Assembly: GCA_018302545.1 (NCBI GenBank)
Contig: JAGVZM010000002.1
Location: forward strand, 2,198-66,197
Direction: 5' to 3'
Source: Candidatus Woesearchaeota archaeon
Lineage (GTDB): Archaea; Nanobdellota; Nanobdellia; SCGC-AAA011-G17; GW2011-AR18
Length of the DNA: 64,000 nt
Part shown: positions 47,703 to 57,765 of the stretch, piece after piece
Layout of the letters: each line of letters starts with the position of its first letter
Numbering within the stretch: the stretch's first letter is position 1
Position numbers and translations under genes: made by a program
The notes under the pieces: generated by a model
What the model saw: the letters and a program-made list of their open reading frames with translations, nothing else
Database searches by the model: none
Told to the model about the DNA's origin: nothing

Positions 47703-48703
47703 TGCTTACTCTCCTTACTAATATAATCTACATTTATTCCAGCGCCAAATCCCTTTGTTTGCCTTATAGGACTAGTAAAAGTAATTAATCTTTTAACATG
47801 ACCTGGCAAGCTTCCTTTTATTAATAAATAATCATTCTTAACTAAACCATAATGTAAAAATCCACCTTTAGGATTAACTTTTTCAGGATCAGAACTAACA
47901 AATAAAATATCTTTATTATATTCTGTTCTCAAATGTATACCCATTCCACCAGGCATTTTAACTCCCCACCAAACACGTCCAGGACTCTCAGGACCAAGAA
48001 TATTACCTCTTCTTTTCTTCTCTGTTTTATGGTTTCTTAAATTAATTCCAAATCTCTTAACTGTACCTTGAAATCCTTTACCTATAGTAACAGCATGAGC
48101 ATCAACTTTAATACCTTCTTTTAAAATATCACTAACTTTAATCTCTCTATCAAACAATGTTTTAGCATAATCAAGTTTATCTTTTACATTATTTCCACCC
48201 ACACCTAATTCAAGAACTTCAGGCTTTTTCTTGCCAATTCCTGTTTTTTTAGGCTGTGTGTATATTTTAACTCTTAAATCATAAAACTCTCCAATTTTAG
48301 ACTCTAACTCCTTTATTTTAGAGTCATAATCCTGCTTTTTTGGAAGTTTAATCTTCTTAGCAAGCTCTTTGTCTAATTTTGGATTCATAATTTCAGAAAC
48401 TAAAACTAAATGATTAAATGAATTTTTTTTATAAAATTTTAAAGAAAGAACCTTAATAGAAGGACATTCAACAACAGTAACAGGCCAAATAAGACTCTCA
48501 TTTTTTGTCATTGAATTTGATCTTGTATCCTTAACATTAACATGGGTCATACCAACTTTATAACCAACAAATCCTTGTAAACCAACATCTTTACTTTTAA
48601 CCCAAGATCTAACTCTAGCAACCATTTTCTTAGCCCTCTTTCTAGGCCAAAATTGCTTACTTCCATGTTTAGGATTATTTCTCCTATTTTTTGTGTGTCC
48701 CAT
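47699..48703 (-). CDS. rpl3: 50S ribosomal protein L3 (uL3); first gene of the r-protein superoperon
   Basis: RPRKRAKKMVARVRSW...FVGYKVGMTHV...FQGTVKRFGINLRNHKTEKKRRG matches uL3. Confidence 0.9.
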   Translation of the reverse strand: MGHTKNRRNNPKHGSKQFWPRKRAKKMVARVRSWVKSKDVGLQGFVGYKVGMTHVNVKDTRSNSMTKNESLIWPVTVVECPSIKVLSLKFYKKNSFNHLVLVSEIMNPKLDKELAKKIKLPKKQDYDSKIKELESKIGEFYDLRVKIYTQPKKTGIGKKKPEVLELGVGGNNVKDKLDYAKTLFDREIKVSDILKEGIKVDAHAVTIGKGFQGTVKRFGINLRNHKTEKKRRGNILGPESPGRVWWGVKMPGGMGIHLRTEYNKDILFVSSDPEKVNPKGGFLHYGLVKNDYLLIKGSLPGHVKRLITFTSPIRQTKGFGAGINVDYISKESKQ

Positions 48704-48726
48704 TGTTCTTCTCGACCTTTATCGGT

Positions 48727-48736
48727 TTTATAAATC
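48727..48736 (-). promoter_or_regulatory. TATA-box-like element (ATTTATAAAA on minus strand) about 24 nt upstream of rpl3 ATG; probable operon promoter with near-leaderless start
   Basis: The minus strand reads GCAAAAG-ATTTATAAAA-CCGATAAAGGTCGAGAAGAACA-ATG. The octamer resembles an archaeal TATA box and is preceded by a purine-rich BRE-like stretch. Confidence 0.4.
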
Positions 48737-49027
48737 TTTTGCTAAATCCTAGCCTCAAAATCGATAATACACTCTAGAATCAGCGACTAATTACAATCAG
48801 TAGGGTAATAATAAAGACCCAAGAACTTATTTATAAATTTATTGGTAAAAAATAAGTATATACTGTATATGATAAAGTCCTATATTTAAAAATTCTAAGT
48901 AAATATTGGGACAACCTCAAAAAATAAAGTCACCCTTAAGAATTTCAAGAAATAACAAGTACAACAAATTTAGATTCAAAAGACGAGGTTGCCACCCCCA
49001 TAAAAATAAATTTAATAGTAAACAAAA

Positions 49028-49477
49028 ATGAAAGATTGCCTAAGAATGTTATTACCACTAGTTGCAATGGCTAGTTGTTTAGAATCAGGTTGTATAAATC
49101 CAAGAGGAACATATCAAGAAGTAACTAGAACAAAAGGCCCAAGTTCGATAAATTCAAAAACAATTAATTATGGTTTTGCTAGTTCAAAAAATAATGAAGG
49201 ACGAATACAAGTAGCAACCTTATCTTATGGAATAACAAGAGATAAAACTTTCAGAAATTTAAATGATAAATTAGCACAAGCAAAATATGATCCAAAAAAA
49301 TGTTCAGAATTGCCAATATATATAGAAATAACAAGCCATTCTCTAGGAAGATTAGAAAGCAATTTAGAGAGAGGGATAAAAGGCCTAGAAAACTCAAGAG
49401 ATTATCAAGAACTAAAATTGGCAACAAGATTAGAAATGAAAGTTTATAAAGATGAAGCAAGAAAAATATGTAACTAA
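49028..49477 (+). CDS. Putative lipoprotein or secreted protein
   Basis: 149 aa with N-terminal signal (MLLPLVAMASCLESGC) carrying a lipobox-like Cys. Confidence 0.35.
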   Translation: MKDCLRMLLPLVAMASCLESGCINPRGTYQEVTRTKGPSSINSKTINYGFASSKNNEGRIQVATLSYGITRDKTFRNLNDKLAQAKYDPKKCSELPIYIEITSHSLGRLESNLERGIKGLENSRDYQELKLATRLEMKVYKDEARKICN

Positions 49478-50223
49478 GCCTCAAAATCAAATTCATTAAT
49501 TATCTCTTTTCCATCTAGATCTAACTTTCTAACTATCTTACCCTTTTTCTTTGCATGGATTCTAGCCAAAGCAAAATCATTTTGATATTCTTTAGGAACT
49601 ATTATCTCATTAATTATAAAAGTATGATTTATTTTACAAGATTTGAAAGAATCATGAACATCAAAAACAAAGTCTCTAAGAAGGTTCTTATCTGAAGTAG
49701 TAAAAGTACAATAATCTGCCTTAGCATCTTCATCTCCTTTCCCAGGTTTAGCAGACTTAGGACTCTTAACTTTTGTTTTCAAAGAACCATAATCATTAGT
49801 AAAAGTTAAACAATAAACAGCATCTGAAAACTTATTCATCGCATTCAAAATATCATCTTTAGATAAATCCGTATTAATCATATAAGTTCTAACACCTTGA
49901 AATTGTTTAGTCTTATCAATAGGAATTCCTGTAACTTGTTCAAAATCTTTAGCTGTTGTTATAATACCCCCTGTAACATTAACTTTAGTTGTTATTTTTT
50001 CAGCCAATAATCTAACAAATCCTTCTGCGTATTCAAAGCTGGTCTTAATCTTAATTTTAGAACCAACAGTAATTTCCATTATGGCCCTATCTTTAAATTC
50101 GCCTTTACTAAATCTCTTAAATTGTCTATGCTCAAAATCCCCAACAGTTCCCTCAAAAATATTTTTAATAAAATTCATCTTCCAAACATTTCCTTGTATT
50201 TTTTTTCTCCAAATAAAATCCAA
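49474..50223 (-). CDS. Hypothetical protein
   Basis: 249-aa ORF with protein-like composition. No recognisable motif. An alternative internal start is MNFIKNIFEG. Confidence 0.35.
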   Translation of the reverse strand: MDFIWRKKIQGNVWKMNFIKNIFEGTVGDFEHRQFKRFSKGEFKDRAIMEITVGSKIKIKTSFEYAEGFVRLLAEKITTKVNVTGGIITTAKDFEQVTGIPIDKTKQFQGVRTYMINTDLSKDDILNAMNKFSDAVYCLTFTNDYGSLKTKVKSPKSAKPGKGDEDAKADYCTFTTSDKNLLRDFVFDVHDSFKSCKINHTFIINEIIVPKEYQNDFALARIHAKKKGKIVRKLDLDGKEIINEFDFEA

Positions 50224-50289
50224 TATATAGTTAATATAAAAGTAACAAAGATTAAACTTAATAAAAATAAATTAACCATAAAAAATAAA

Positions 50290-53200
50290 TTATTTACTCT
50301 TTTTTAAATCTTTTCTATTCCTAACATTAAAAATAGAGTAGTAAACAATCAATAAAACTAAAGCAAAAACTAAAGCCCCTATGCCCCAACCAGGAATATT
50401 GTTGGATTCAAAACCAGTAGCACAAACCCCTACAACTCTAAGCGGACTACTCAAACCCATTGCTGTAGCTTCTGCTTGAGTTATTTGATTGGTATTACAA
50501 ACATCAAAACCTAAAGCTGCAAAATTCTGACCACAAGTAACCTCAACATCATCCAACTCTCCATCATTATCTAAATCAATACAACTCTTAAGATTAACAA
50601 AGGACGTCCCAGGAATACCTCTTGTACAAGATTGGCAACAATTAGGTTCATTTATATTACCAGATAAAGAAAGATTACCATTACAAGCTTCACCAACACC
50701 GCATAAATATCCTCTAACACTACCGCAACTAACTGATCCTCCACCAGGACCTCTACCTATTATACTTCCACAATCGTTTCTACAAACACCATCACCACAA
50801 CAAGTCATTCCTCCAAGACAGTCATTATTATTAAGACACTGCCCTCCTATATTAGTAATTCCAGTATACAAAAGACAACTAGGACAAAAACTAGAATTAA
50901 ATCCTCCTAAAGCATTTTCTAGATCAGAAACAGGACCATAATGAATCCAACCTAAGTAAAGATAAGTAGCATTCATAGGAGCAACATAATTAAAATTTAT
51001 TATACCATTCAAAACAGGTATAGCTGTTAGAGTATCTAAAACTACAAGAGAATTAGTATCATTAAATCCAACAACAAAGCTAGTTGCATATCCTGAGAAT
51101 ATTGAAGAACCTCCTCCAAAAGTTGGATCTTCTCTTACACAACTACACTGCAAACTAACTGTTTGACCAACAACAGCTGTAACCATCATTCCTCTATTAG
51201 TTATTGCAGTTCCATTGTTCCAGACACATTCAGTTTGACAAGTATTAGAACAAATAGGATCAGGAAGAACTCTACAAATACCAGAATTCGCACCTTGTTG
51301 AAGAGCGCTACTTCCACTATTAAGATCACAATAAAATCCAGTGCCTAAGGAAGAACAATCATTATTACTACTACAAGTAACAACCTCACATAAACTAGTT
51401 GAAGGATTACAAACCTCAGTTAACCCACAGTCATTATTGGTATTACAAATTGAACAAGTTCCAGTTTGACAAATCAGACATTGCCCAACTAAAGGATTGC
51501 TAGTTCTTAAACATCTTGCATCAGGATAATTCTGACAAGTTCTACCAATCCTACAACCAGAAACACACTGACATCCATCACAAACTTCCCCAATACTACA
51601 ATCACTATCAAAAACACAACTAGCATTAACAATATGAAGTAATTGATCATTTCTATTTCCAGAATCACAAATTAAATTATTATTTGTAGAATTTAGAAAA
51701 TTAAAAGCATATCTTCCCTCATCTAAAAAAGCAGAAGATAAGAAACCAGTACTACCAAAACGAATTGGTGAATAATTACCATATGAAAAAGAGTTATTAT
51801 CTAAATCTCTTAAAGTAAAATTCAAAGATCCACTATTCAAAACATTTCCTTGTGAATCTAACAAACAAGAAAGATAACCTATAGCAGAGTCTCCCTCTTC
51901 AATCGTTAAATTATATCCATTACCGCTATGTAAAATACGGCCGTCAGTCCAATTACAAGAAGGATTACAATTTAAACCTAAATTAGGATCTCTAACTTGT
52001 AAAACCCCTCTAAAGTTATCTACAGAATTACAATTAGGATTAGGAGCACCACCAACTGTAAATATATAAACCCCAGGAGTAGAAGGAACAAAAGATCTAA
52101 TAGCATTACCATTAGTAACACCAATATTAGTATCCACTAAAACAGGGGCAGTTAAACTATTAAAGATATTATAAATCACCAAATTTGTATTTGTGCTATC
52201 TAACAAAGCACCAGAAGAATCTTGTAAACATGAAGCATTTATCATAACATTATCTCCTGTGTTTACACTAACAACATTAGGACCTGAAAGATAATTCCCT
52301 CCTTCCCACTGACAACCAAGATTACATGATACACTAGAAGCTGCCCTAAGAAGACAACTAACTTTATTTCCATCATTATTACAAGAGTAATTAGGATCAC
52401 AAAAATATTGTCCTAATTGATAAACATTTTTACAAGAAGCAAAATCACCAGAACAACTCCATCCATCAGAGACATAACCACAAAGACCTTGATGAGTACC
52501 ACCACCAATTTGAGGACTAACACAAATATTAGTAGAAATATCACAAGTTTCTCCAAGATTACAATCAGAGTTACTCAAACATCCAGGTCTACAAAGACCA
52601 CTAGAAAAATCACAAAAATTACCACTAGGACAAGTAAAACTTTGAGAAGAACAAGTAAAAGTACAAATACCAGGGCTAGCAACTCTTAAATCACAAGTTT
52701 CTCCAAGATTACAATTATTGTTGCTCAAACATCCAGGTCTACAAATTCCAGAAATAGTATCACAATAATTTCCCGAAGTACAAGGAGCATTTTGTCCACA
52801 ATTGTTAGGTGATTGAATTCCACAAATTCTAGTATTAGGATCACAATAATTAGAGCTACACTCTATGTTATTATTACATGAAAGTCCATCAGTTTTTTTA
52901 GGATCACACGAAACACCACTTCCTATATTACTGCAATAATAATTAGTATTACAAAAATATTCTGATGCAGTTAGACCCGAAACTTGTTTACAAGAAGTAA
53001 AATCCCCTGAACAATACCATCCATTTATAGTATCCCCACAATATCCAATATAATTAGTTATAGTAGTTCCACCACTTTGTTGTCCAATAACACAAGTATT
53101 AGTAGTAAAGTCACAAGTCTCACCAGTATCACAAAATTGATTTATTTGTCCACAAGGAGCTCCAGGTATAGCAAAAACAAGTTCAATAGAAAATAAACTA

Positions 53201-53304
53201 ATTAAAACAGCAATAAGTAAAAATAATCCCCTCTTTAACATATAAAATAGAACATCAAAATAGCTATTTAAAATTATTCTTTTAATCAGACCAGATAGAA
53301 ACAA
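50290..53304 (-). CDS. Giant Cys-rich modular cell-surface protein
   Basis: 1004 aa. N-terminal TM/signal and C-terminal TM anchor (GIGALVFALVLLIVYYSIF) with a basic tail. Dozens of Cys in repeated C..GETCD / CNLGETCD modules. Rich in N/S/T/G. Confidence 0.5.
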   Translation of the reverse strand: MFLSGLIKRIILNSYFDVLFYMLKRGLFLLIAVLISLFSIELVFAIPGAPCGQINQFCDTGETCDFTTNTCVIGQQSGGTTITNYIGYCGDTINGWYCSGDFTSCKQVSGLTASEYFCNTNYYCSNIGSGVSCDPKKTDGLSCNNNIECSSNYCDPNTRICGIQSPNNCGQNAPCTSGNYCDTISGICRPGCLSNNNCNLGETCDLRVASPGICTFTCSSQSFTCPSGNFCDFSSGLCRPGCLSNSDCNLGETCDISTNICVSPQIGGGTHQGLCGYVSDGWSCSGDFASCKNVYQLGQYFCDPNYSCNNDGNKVSCLLRAASSVSCNLGCQWEGGNYLSGPNVVSVNTGDNVMINASCLQDSSGALLDSTNTNLVIYNIFNSLTAPVLVDTNIGVTNGNAIRSFVPSTPGVYIFTVGGAPNPNCNSVDNFRGVLQVRDPNLGLNCNPSCNWTDGRILHSGNGYNLTIEEGDSAIGYLSCLLDSQGNVLNSGSLNFTLRDLDNNSFSYGNYSPIRFGSTGFLSSAFLDEGRYAFNFLNSTNNNLICDSGNRNDQLLHIVNASCVFDSDCSIGEVCDGCQCVSGCRIGRTCQNYPDARCLRTSNPLVGQCLICQTGTCSICNTNNDCGLTEVCNPSTSLCEVVTCSSNNDCSSLGTGFYCDLNSGSSALQQGANSGICRVLPDPICSNTCQTECVWNNGTAITNRGMMVTAVVGQTVSLQCSCVREDPTFGGGSSIFSGYATSFVVGFNDTNSLVVLDTLTAIPVLNGIINFNYVAPMNATYLYLGWIHYGPVSDLENALGGFNSSFCPSCLLYTGITNIGGQCLNNNDCLGGMTCCGDGVCRNDCGSIIGRGPGGGSVSCGSVRGYLCGVGEACNGNLSLSGNINEPNCCQSCTRGIPGTSFVNLKSCIDLDNDGELDDVEVTCGQNFAALGFDVCNTNQITQAEATAMGLSSPLRVVGVCATGFESNNIPGWGIGALVFALVLLIVYYSIFNVRNRKDLKKSK

Positions 53305-53689
53305 ACATTAAGATAGTAACTAAAGGAAATAAATTTGTTATAAATGCATATTGTGGGAAAAACCAAACACCCACCATTATTTCAACAACAGCAATAATTG
53401 CAAAAATTTTGCTCATGTGATGTCCCCTTCTAGCAAATACCCAAAATAAAACAAAAGCACCTATCGCACCAGCAAGATCAAATAAACCATTATCAAAACT
53501 TAATAGATCTATAGCATCAACAGCAATTGCAAAAGGTAGTTTCCACAAATCCAAAGCAATATCTAAAAAGTGTTTTAAAGAAAACAAAACAGCAAAAGCC
53601 AGAACAATACCAAAAATAACCCAACCATAATCAAAAGGTTTACTAACAGAATTAACAACAAAACCTGTTAAATCATCTAAACCGAACAT
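53282..53689 (-). CDS. Small polytopic membrane protein
   Basis: 135 aa, four hydrophobic helices. Overlaps the start of the giant surface-protein gene. Confidence 0.35.
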   Translation of the reverse strand: MFGLDDLTGFVVNSVSKPFDYGWVIFGIVLAFAVLFSLKHFLDIALDLWKLPFAIAVDAIDLLSFDNGLFDLAGAIGAFVLFWVFARRGHHMSKIFAIIAVVEIMVGVWFFPQYAFITNLFPLVTILMFVSIWSD

Positions 53690-53798
53690 GAATTAATTCT
53701 GAATTAATTAATATTTAATACTTTTTAATTAAAGAAAAAGGAGAAGTAAGAAAAATTAAAATAGTGAATGAAAACATTTTATTCATTCATAGAAAAAA

Positions 53799-54212
53799 TT
53801 AATCTTTAGAAATTATTGCATAAATAGCTTTTCCAGGCAACCTCTTTCTAAACCCAGACTTAGCATATTTAATATAACTATTTTTCAAATTAAAATTTAA
53901 CCAAGAATCCATCCAACCTTGAGCAGTATAAACTAAATAATGCCCAGAAGGATATTTTTTAGATCTCTGGATAAAAACAATAGTATTTTCTTTATATCTA
54001 ATTCTTTTATTTCCAATGTATCTATAAAAATATTCTCTTCCAGAAATTCTTAAAGCATTAACAAGGTCTTTACAAATAAATCCCCTAATTCTAGCTAGTG
54101 TAGAATATCTAAAATAATTCTTTTTGGAATAATTATAAGAGTTACCGCAAATGAAAGAAACACATGCAATACCACAACCTAAAGGATCCTTTTGGACAAC
54201 AGCATTTTTCAT
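53799..54212 (-). CDS. Putative C39-like or papain-fold cysteine peptidase
   Basis: DPLGCGIACVSFICG (catalytic Cys context of the C39/BtrH-like family) and a later GHYLVY His region. Confidence 0.4.
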   Translation of the reverse strand: MKNAVVQKDPLGCGIACVSFICGNSYNYSKKNYFRYSTLARIRGFICKDLVNALRISGREYFYRYIGNKRIRYKENTIVFIQRSKKYPSGHYLVYTAQGWMDSWLNFNLKNSYIKYAKSGFRKRLPGKAIYAIISKD

Positions 54213-54263
54213 ACAATAAAAGAGTTAGTAAAGTTTATAACAATTAGGATCAATTAGTTAACA

Positions 54264-55061
54264 ATGAAAAAGTTCATACTAATTCTAGTGATGTTAATTC
54301 TAATAATAAGTTGTACTAACAAAGATAAACCTACAAAAGAGGATAAAAGAACAGAGATATACCTCCCATCCCCAGGAACAACTTGGCAATGGCAATTATC
54401 AGGAAAAATAAATACCAATTATAATGTAGAATTATATGATGTTGACCTATTTGAGACATCAATAGAAACAATTAATGAATTACATAATAGAAATATAAAA
54501 GTAATCTGCTATTTCTCAGCAGGTACATTAGAAGAATACAGAGAAGATTATGAAAATTTTCCCAAGGAGATAATAGGTAAAAGCTTATTAGAATGGCCAG
54601 ATGAAAAATGGTTAGATATATCTAATTATAAAAAGTTTTCAGATATCATGGCAAAGCGTATGGATTTAGCTGTAGAAAAAAATTGTGATGGTATTGAACC
54701 AGATAATGTAGATGCATATACTCAGGATAGTGGCTTCAATTTAAGCTACGATAATCAATTAGAATATAATAAGTGGTTAGCAGAAGAAGCACACAAAAGA
54801 AATTTATCTATTGCGTTAAAAAATGACCTAAATCAAGTTAAGGATTTGGTAAATTATTTTGATTTTGCAATAAATGAACAATGCTTTTTATATAATGAAT
54901 GTGAATTACTCCTTCCCTTTATTAAACAAAATAAAGCAGTTTTAGGAGTAGAATACGAATTAGATTTACACCAATTTTGTAAAGAAGCAAATTCATTAAA
55001 TTTTAGTTGGTTGAAAATGGATTTAGAATTAGACGGCAGTAGAGAATCTTGCAACAATTAA
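54264..55061 (+). CDS. Lipoprotein, glycoside hydrolase family 114-like (endo-alpha-1,4-polygalactosaminidase fold)
   Basis: Lipobox (LILIISCTNK). WQWQL...DVDLFE...IKVICYFSAGTLEEYRED...WPDEKWLDI pattern typical of GH114/TM1410-like TIM-barrel enzymes. Confidence 0.55.
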   Translation: MKKFILILVMLILIISCTNKDKPTKEDKRTEIYLPSPGTTWQWQLSGKINTNYNVELYDVDLFETSIETINELHNRNIKVICYFSAGTLEEYREDYENFPKEIIGKSLLEWPDEKWLDISNYKKFSDIMAKRMDLAVEKNCDGIEPDNVDAYTQDSGFNLSYDNQLEYNKWLAEEAHKRNLSIALKNDLNQVKDLVNYFDFAINEQCFLYNECELLLPFIKQNKAVLGVEYELDLHQFCKEANSLNFSWLKMDLELDGSRESCNN

Positions 55062-55062
55062 G

Positions 55063-55070
55063 TATTTAAA
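55063..55070 (+). promoter_or_regulatory. TATA-like box (TATTTAAA) 23 nt upstream of tRNA-Gln 5' end
   Basis: Same TATA-to-mature-5'-end spacing as seen at the other tRNA genes in this window. Confidence 0.4.
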
Positions 55071-55093
55071 GTTTCATAAAATTTTGAAATCAT

Positions 55094-55202
55094 AGTCCCG
55101 TCGTCTAGATTAGTTTAAAAACTAAAGACAACGGCCCAGGATCGAGGACTCTGGATCAATAGGAGAAATCCTTGGACGGCAGTTCGAATCTGCCCGGGAC
55201 TA
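55094..55202 (+). tRNA. tRNA-Gln(CUG) with two apparent introns (D loop and anticodon loop)
   Basis: Acceptor AGTCCCG/CGGGACT. T arm GGCAG-TTCGAAT-CTGCC. Anticodon arm GAGGA-CTCTGGA-TCCTT, which resembles Gln-CTG anticodon arms. Removing about 23 nt from the D loop (around 55109..55131) and 13 nt (around 55156..55168) after the anticodon loop leaves a 73-nt cloverleaf. The identity and exact boundaries are provisional. Confidence 0.55.
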
Positions 55203-55337
55203 TTTTTCCAATAAATTTAAATAACTTTAGTCTTAATCTATTTTCATGAAAACATCAAAGCTAATACAAAATAAGTATTTTTTCTTAGCCATGCTTATGA
55301 TGTTCTAATAGCCTAAAATATTTAGGAGGCCATTGCA

Positions 55338-57527
55338 ATGATAAAAAACAACAAACAGATAGAAGAAGGAACTTTTAAATATCTAGAACTATCAAAGAAA
55401 AAAATGAAGAAAAAGTTTTATATCACAACACCAATTTACTATGTAAATGATAAACCTCATGTTGGTCATGCATATACTACAATAATAGCAGATATTCTAG
55501 CAAGGTGGCATAGATTAAAACAAGAAGATGTATTTTTCCTAACTGGATTAGATGAAAACGGACAAAAAACAGTCGAAGCTTCTATAAAGTTCGGATTTAA
55601 AAGTCCACAAGCATGGTGTGATTATATAGCAGAAGAATATCTAAAAACATGGAAAAATCTAAACATAAGCAATGATGATTTTATAAGAACAACAGAAGAA
55701 AGACACCATAAACTTTCTATAGAGTTCACAAAAAAAGTTCAAAAAAAAGGAGACATCTATAAAGGAAACTATATAGGATTATATTGTGAAGGTTGTGAAG
55801 CATACATAACAGAATCAGAATTAACAAAAGAAGGTTTTTGTCCAAATCACAATAAAAAACCAAAGGAGTTACATGAAGAAAATTACTTTTTCAAATTAAG
55901 TAAATATGATAAACAATTACTAGAACATATAGAGAATAATCCAAGTTTCATACAACCCGAGTTCAGGAAAAAAGAAATTATTAATTTCATAAAGCAAGGA
56001 TTAAAAGATATAAGTATCTCTAGGCAGAGTTTAACATGGGGAATTCCTTTTCCTGGAGATGAATCTCAAAGAATTTATGTTTGGTTTGATGCATTATTAA
56101 ATTATTTGCACCCAAAGGAATATTGGCCTGCAAATATACAAATGATGGGTAAAGAAATAATAAAATTTCATTGTATAATCTGGCCGGCAATGCTTCTCTC
56201 AGCCGGATATAAACTTCCAAAAAAAGTATTTGCTCATGGATGGTTAACAATAAATGGAGAAAAGATGTCTAAATCTTTAGGCAATGCTATAGACCCAAAT
56301 CACCTTACTAAAACATTTGGAACAGATGCATTAAGATACTATTATGCAAGAGAAGTACCTTTAGGAAATGATGGAGATTTTTCAGAAAAACAATTAGTAG
56401 CTAGATTAAACAATGAGCTAGCAAATGAACTAGGCAACTTAATTTCAAGAACCTTAACTTTAATAGAAAAAAAATTAAATTCAGAAATAAAAAAAGATAA
56501 GGTAGATAAAACATTATTCAAAGATTTAAAGGTTAAACAAATCGACAAGTTCATCCAAGATATAGAACCCCATAATGCAATTGCATTAATTTTTCATTTT
56601 ATACATTCATGTAATCAATATATTAGCGAAAAAGAGCCATGGAACATCAATAAAGAAAATGAATTAAATAAAATACTCTATAATTTAACAGATGCTATTA
56701 GAATAATATCAATATTGCTCTATTCATTTCTACCAGAAACATGTGAAAAGATTCATAAACAATTATCTTTAGACACTAAAAAATTAAGTTTAGCTCAGGC
56801 TATTCCTGGAATATTAACAACAACAAAAATAAACAAAGGAGAAATTTTATTCCAAAAAGTAATTTTCAAAGAAACAAAAGATGTTTTCAAAAATCCTAAA
56901 TGTTATGTAACTCCAGAAGTGCAAAGATTAGGAATTAAAGTTAAATTTGCAGAATTAATCAACCTAAATATAAAAAAGAAACATATGGGTTTAGAAAAAT
57001 TAAAATCTGAAATAAAGAAAAGTTTCAAACCGAACATAAGAGTACTAAAAGGATATGATAATTACTCTAGATTATTAAACATAGAAGAAGGACAATGCTC
57101 AGTCTACAATTTAATGGATTTAGTTGAAGAAAACGGAAAACTTCCAACAATAAATACAGCTGTAGATAGTTATAATATTATATCTCTTGCTAAAAGCCTT
57201 GTTGTAGGTGCTCATGATAGAGAACATGTAAAGGGACCAGTGAGGTTTGATATTTTTAAAGGAAATGAATTATACATCCCATTATTCACAAATGAAAAAA
57301 AATCAGTTAATAAAGGAGAATTTGGTTGTATTGATGATGAAAAAGTTCTTTGTAGACTAGATATTAAACAAGGCGATCAAACAAAGGTGACAGAAAAAAC
57401 AAAGAATATTATTCTTTATGTACAAGGAAATGAATATACTTCAGAAGAATATTTGCAGGAAGCAATAGAAGAAATTTGTAAGTTAATGATTAGATTTTGT
57501 GATGGAGAATATAAAATATTAAATTAA
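55338..57527 (+). CDS. metG: Methionine--tRNA ligase with C-terminal B3/4-like domain
   Basis: HIGH-type TPIYYVNDKPHVGHAYT and KMSKSLGN motifs. Zinc knuckle (CEGCEAY...CPNH). C-terminal approximately 200 aa contain PTINTAVDSYNIISLAKSLVVGAHD...VRFDIFKG, resembling the B3/4 tRNA-binding/editing domain. GGAGG SD-like sequence 8 nt upstream. Confidence 0.85.
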   Translation: MIKNNKQIEEGTFKYLELSKKKMKKKFYITTPIYYVNDKPHVGHAYTTIIADILARWHRLKQEDVFFLTGLDENGQKTVEASIKFGFKSPQAWCDYIAEEYLKTWKNLNISNDDFIRTTEERHHKLSIEFTKKVQKKGDIYKGNYIGLYCEGCEAYITESELTKEGFCPNHNKKPKELHEENYFFKLSKYDKQLLEHIENNPSFIQPEFRKKEIINFIKQGLKDISISRQSLTWGIPFPGDESQRIYVWFDALLNYLHPKEYWPANIQMMGKEIIKFHCIIWPAMLLSAGYKLPKKVFAHGWLTINGEKMSKSLGNAIDPNHLTKTFGTDALRYYYAREVPLGNDGDFSEKQLVARLNNELANELGNLISRTLTLIEKKLNSEIKKDKVDKTLFKDLKVKQIDKFIQDIEPHNAIALIFHFIHSCNQYISEKEPWNINKENELNKILYNLTDAIRIISILLYSFLPETCEKIHKQLSLDTKKLSLAQAIPGILTTTKINKGEILFQKVIFKETKDVFKNPKCYVTPEVQRLGIKVKFAELINLNIKKKHMGLEKLKSEIKKSFKPNIRVLKGYDNYSRLLNIEEGQCSVYNLMDLVEENGKLPTINTAVDSYNIISLAKSLVVGAHDREHVKGPVRFDIFKGNELYIPLFTNEKKSVNKGEFGCIDDEKVLCRLDIKQGDQTKVTEKTKNIILYVQGNEYTSEEYLQEAIEEICKLMIRFCDGEYKILN

Positions 57528-57529
57528 AG

Positions 57530-57727
57530 TCAATCTTTCTTTAAACCAATTCTAATTAATTCAAACCCGATAATTGAAAATATGGAAGACAAAATAACTG
57601 AAATAAAAACAGCATTTCCTAAACTACTTCTTTGGCCGCCAAATAAAGGTTGTGTCATGTAAAAAACACTAATATAAAATAGGAGTAATATAAAAACCCC
57701 AAAAATCAAAGAAATAATTTTTTTCAT
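57530..57727 (-). CDS. Small membrane protein
   Basis: 65 aa with two hydrophobic helices. Confidence 0.3.
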   Translation of the reverse strand: MKKIISLIFGVFILLLFYISVFYMTQPLFGGQRSSLGNAVFISVILSSIFSIIGFELIRIGLKKD

Positions 57728-57765
57728 GTTAAATAATATTTAAATATTAAAAAAATAAAGAAAAT

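Noticed and set aside
51163-52689. Plus-strand ORFs 51163..51348 and 52417..52689 inside the 1004-aa Cys-rich gene
   Set aside because: Antisense, extremely biased T/S/R/N composition. Spurious.
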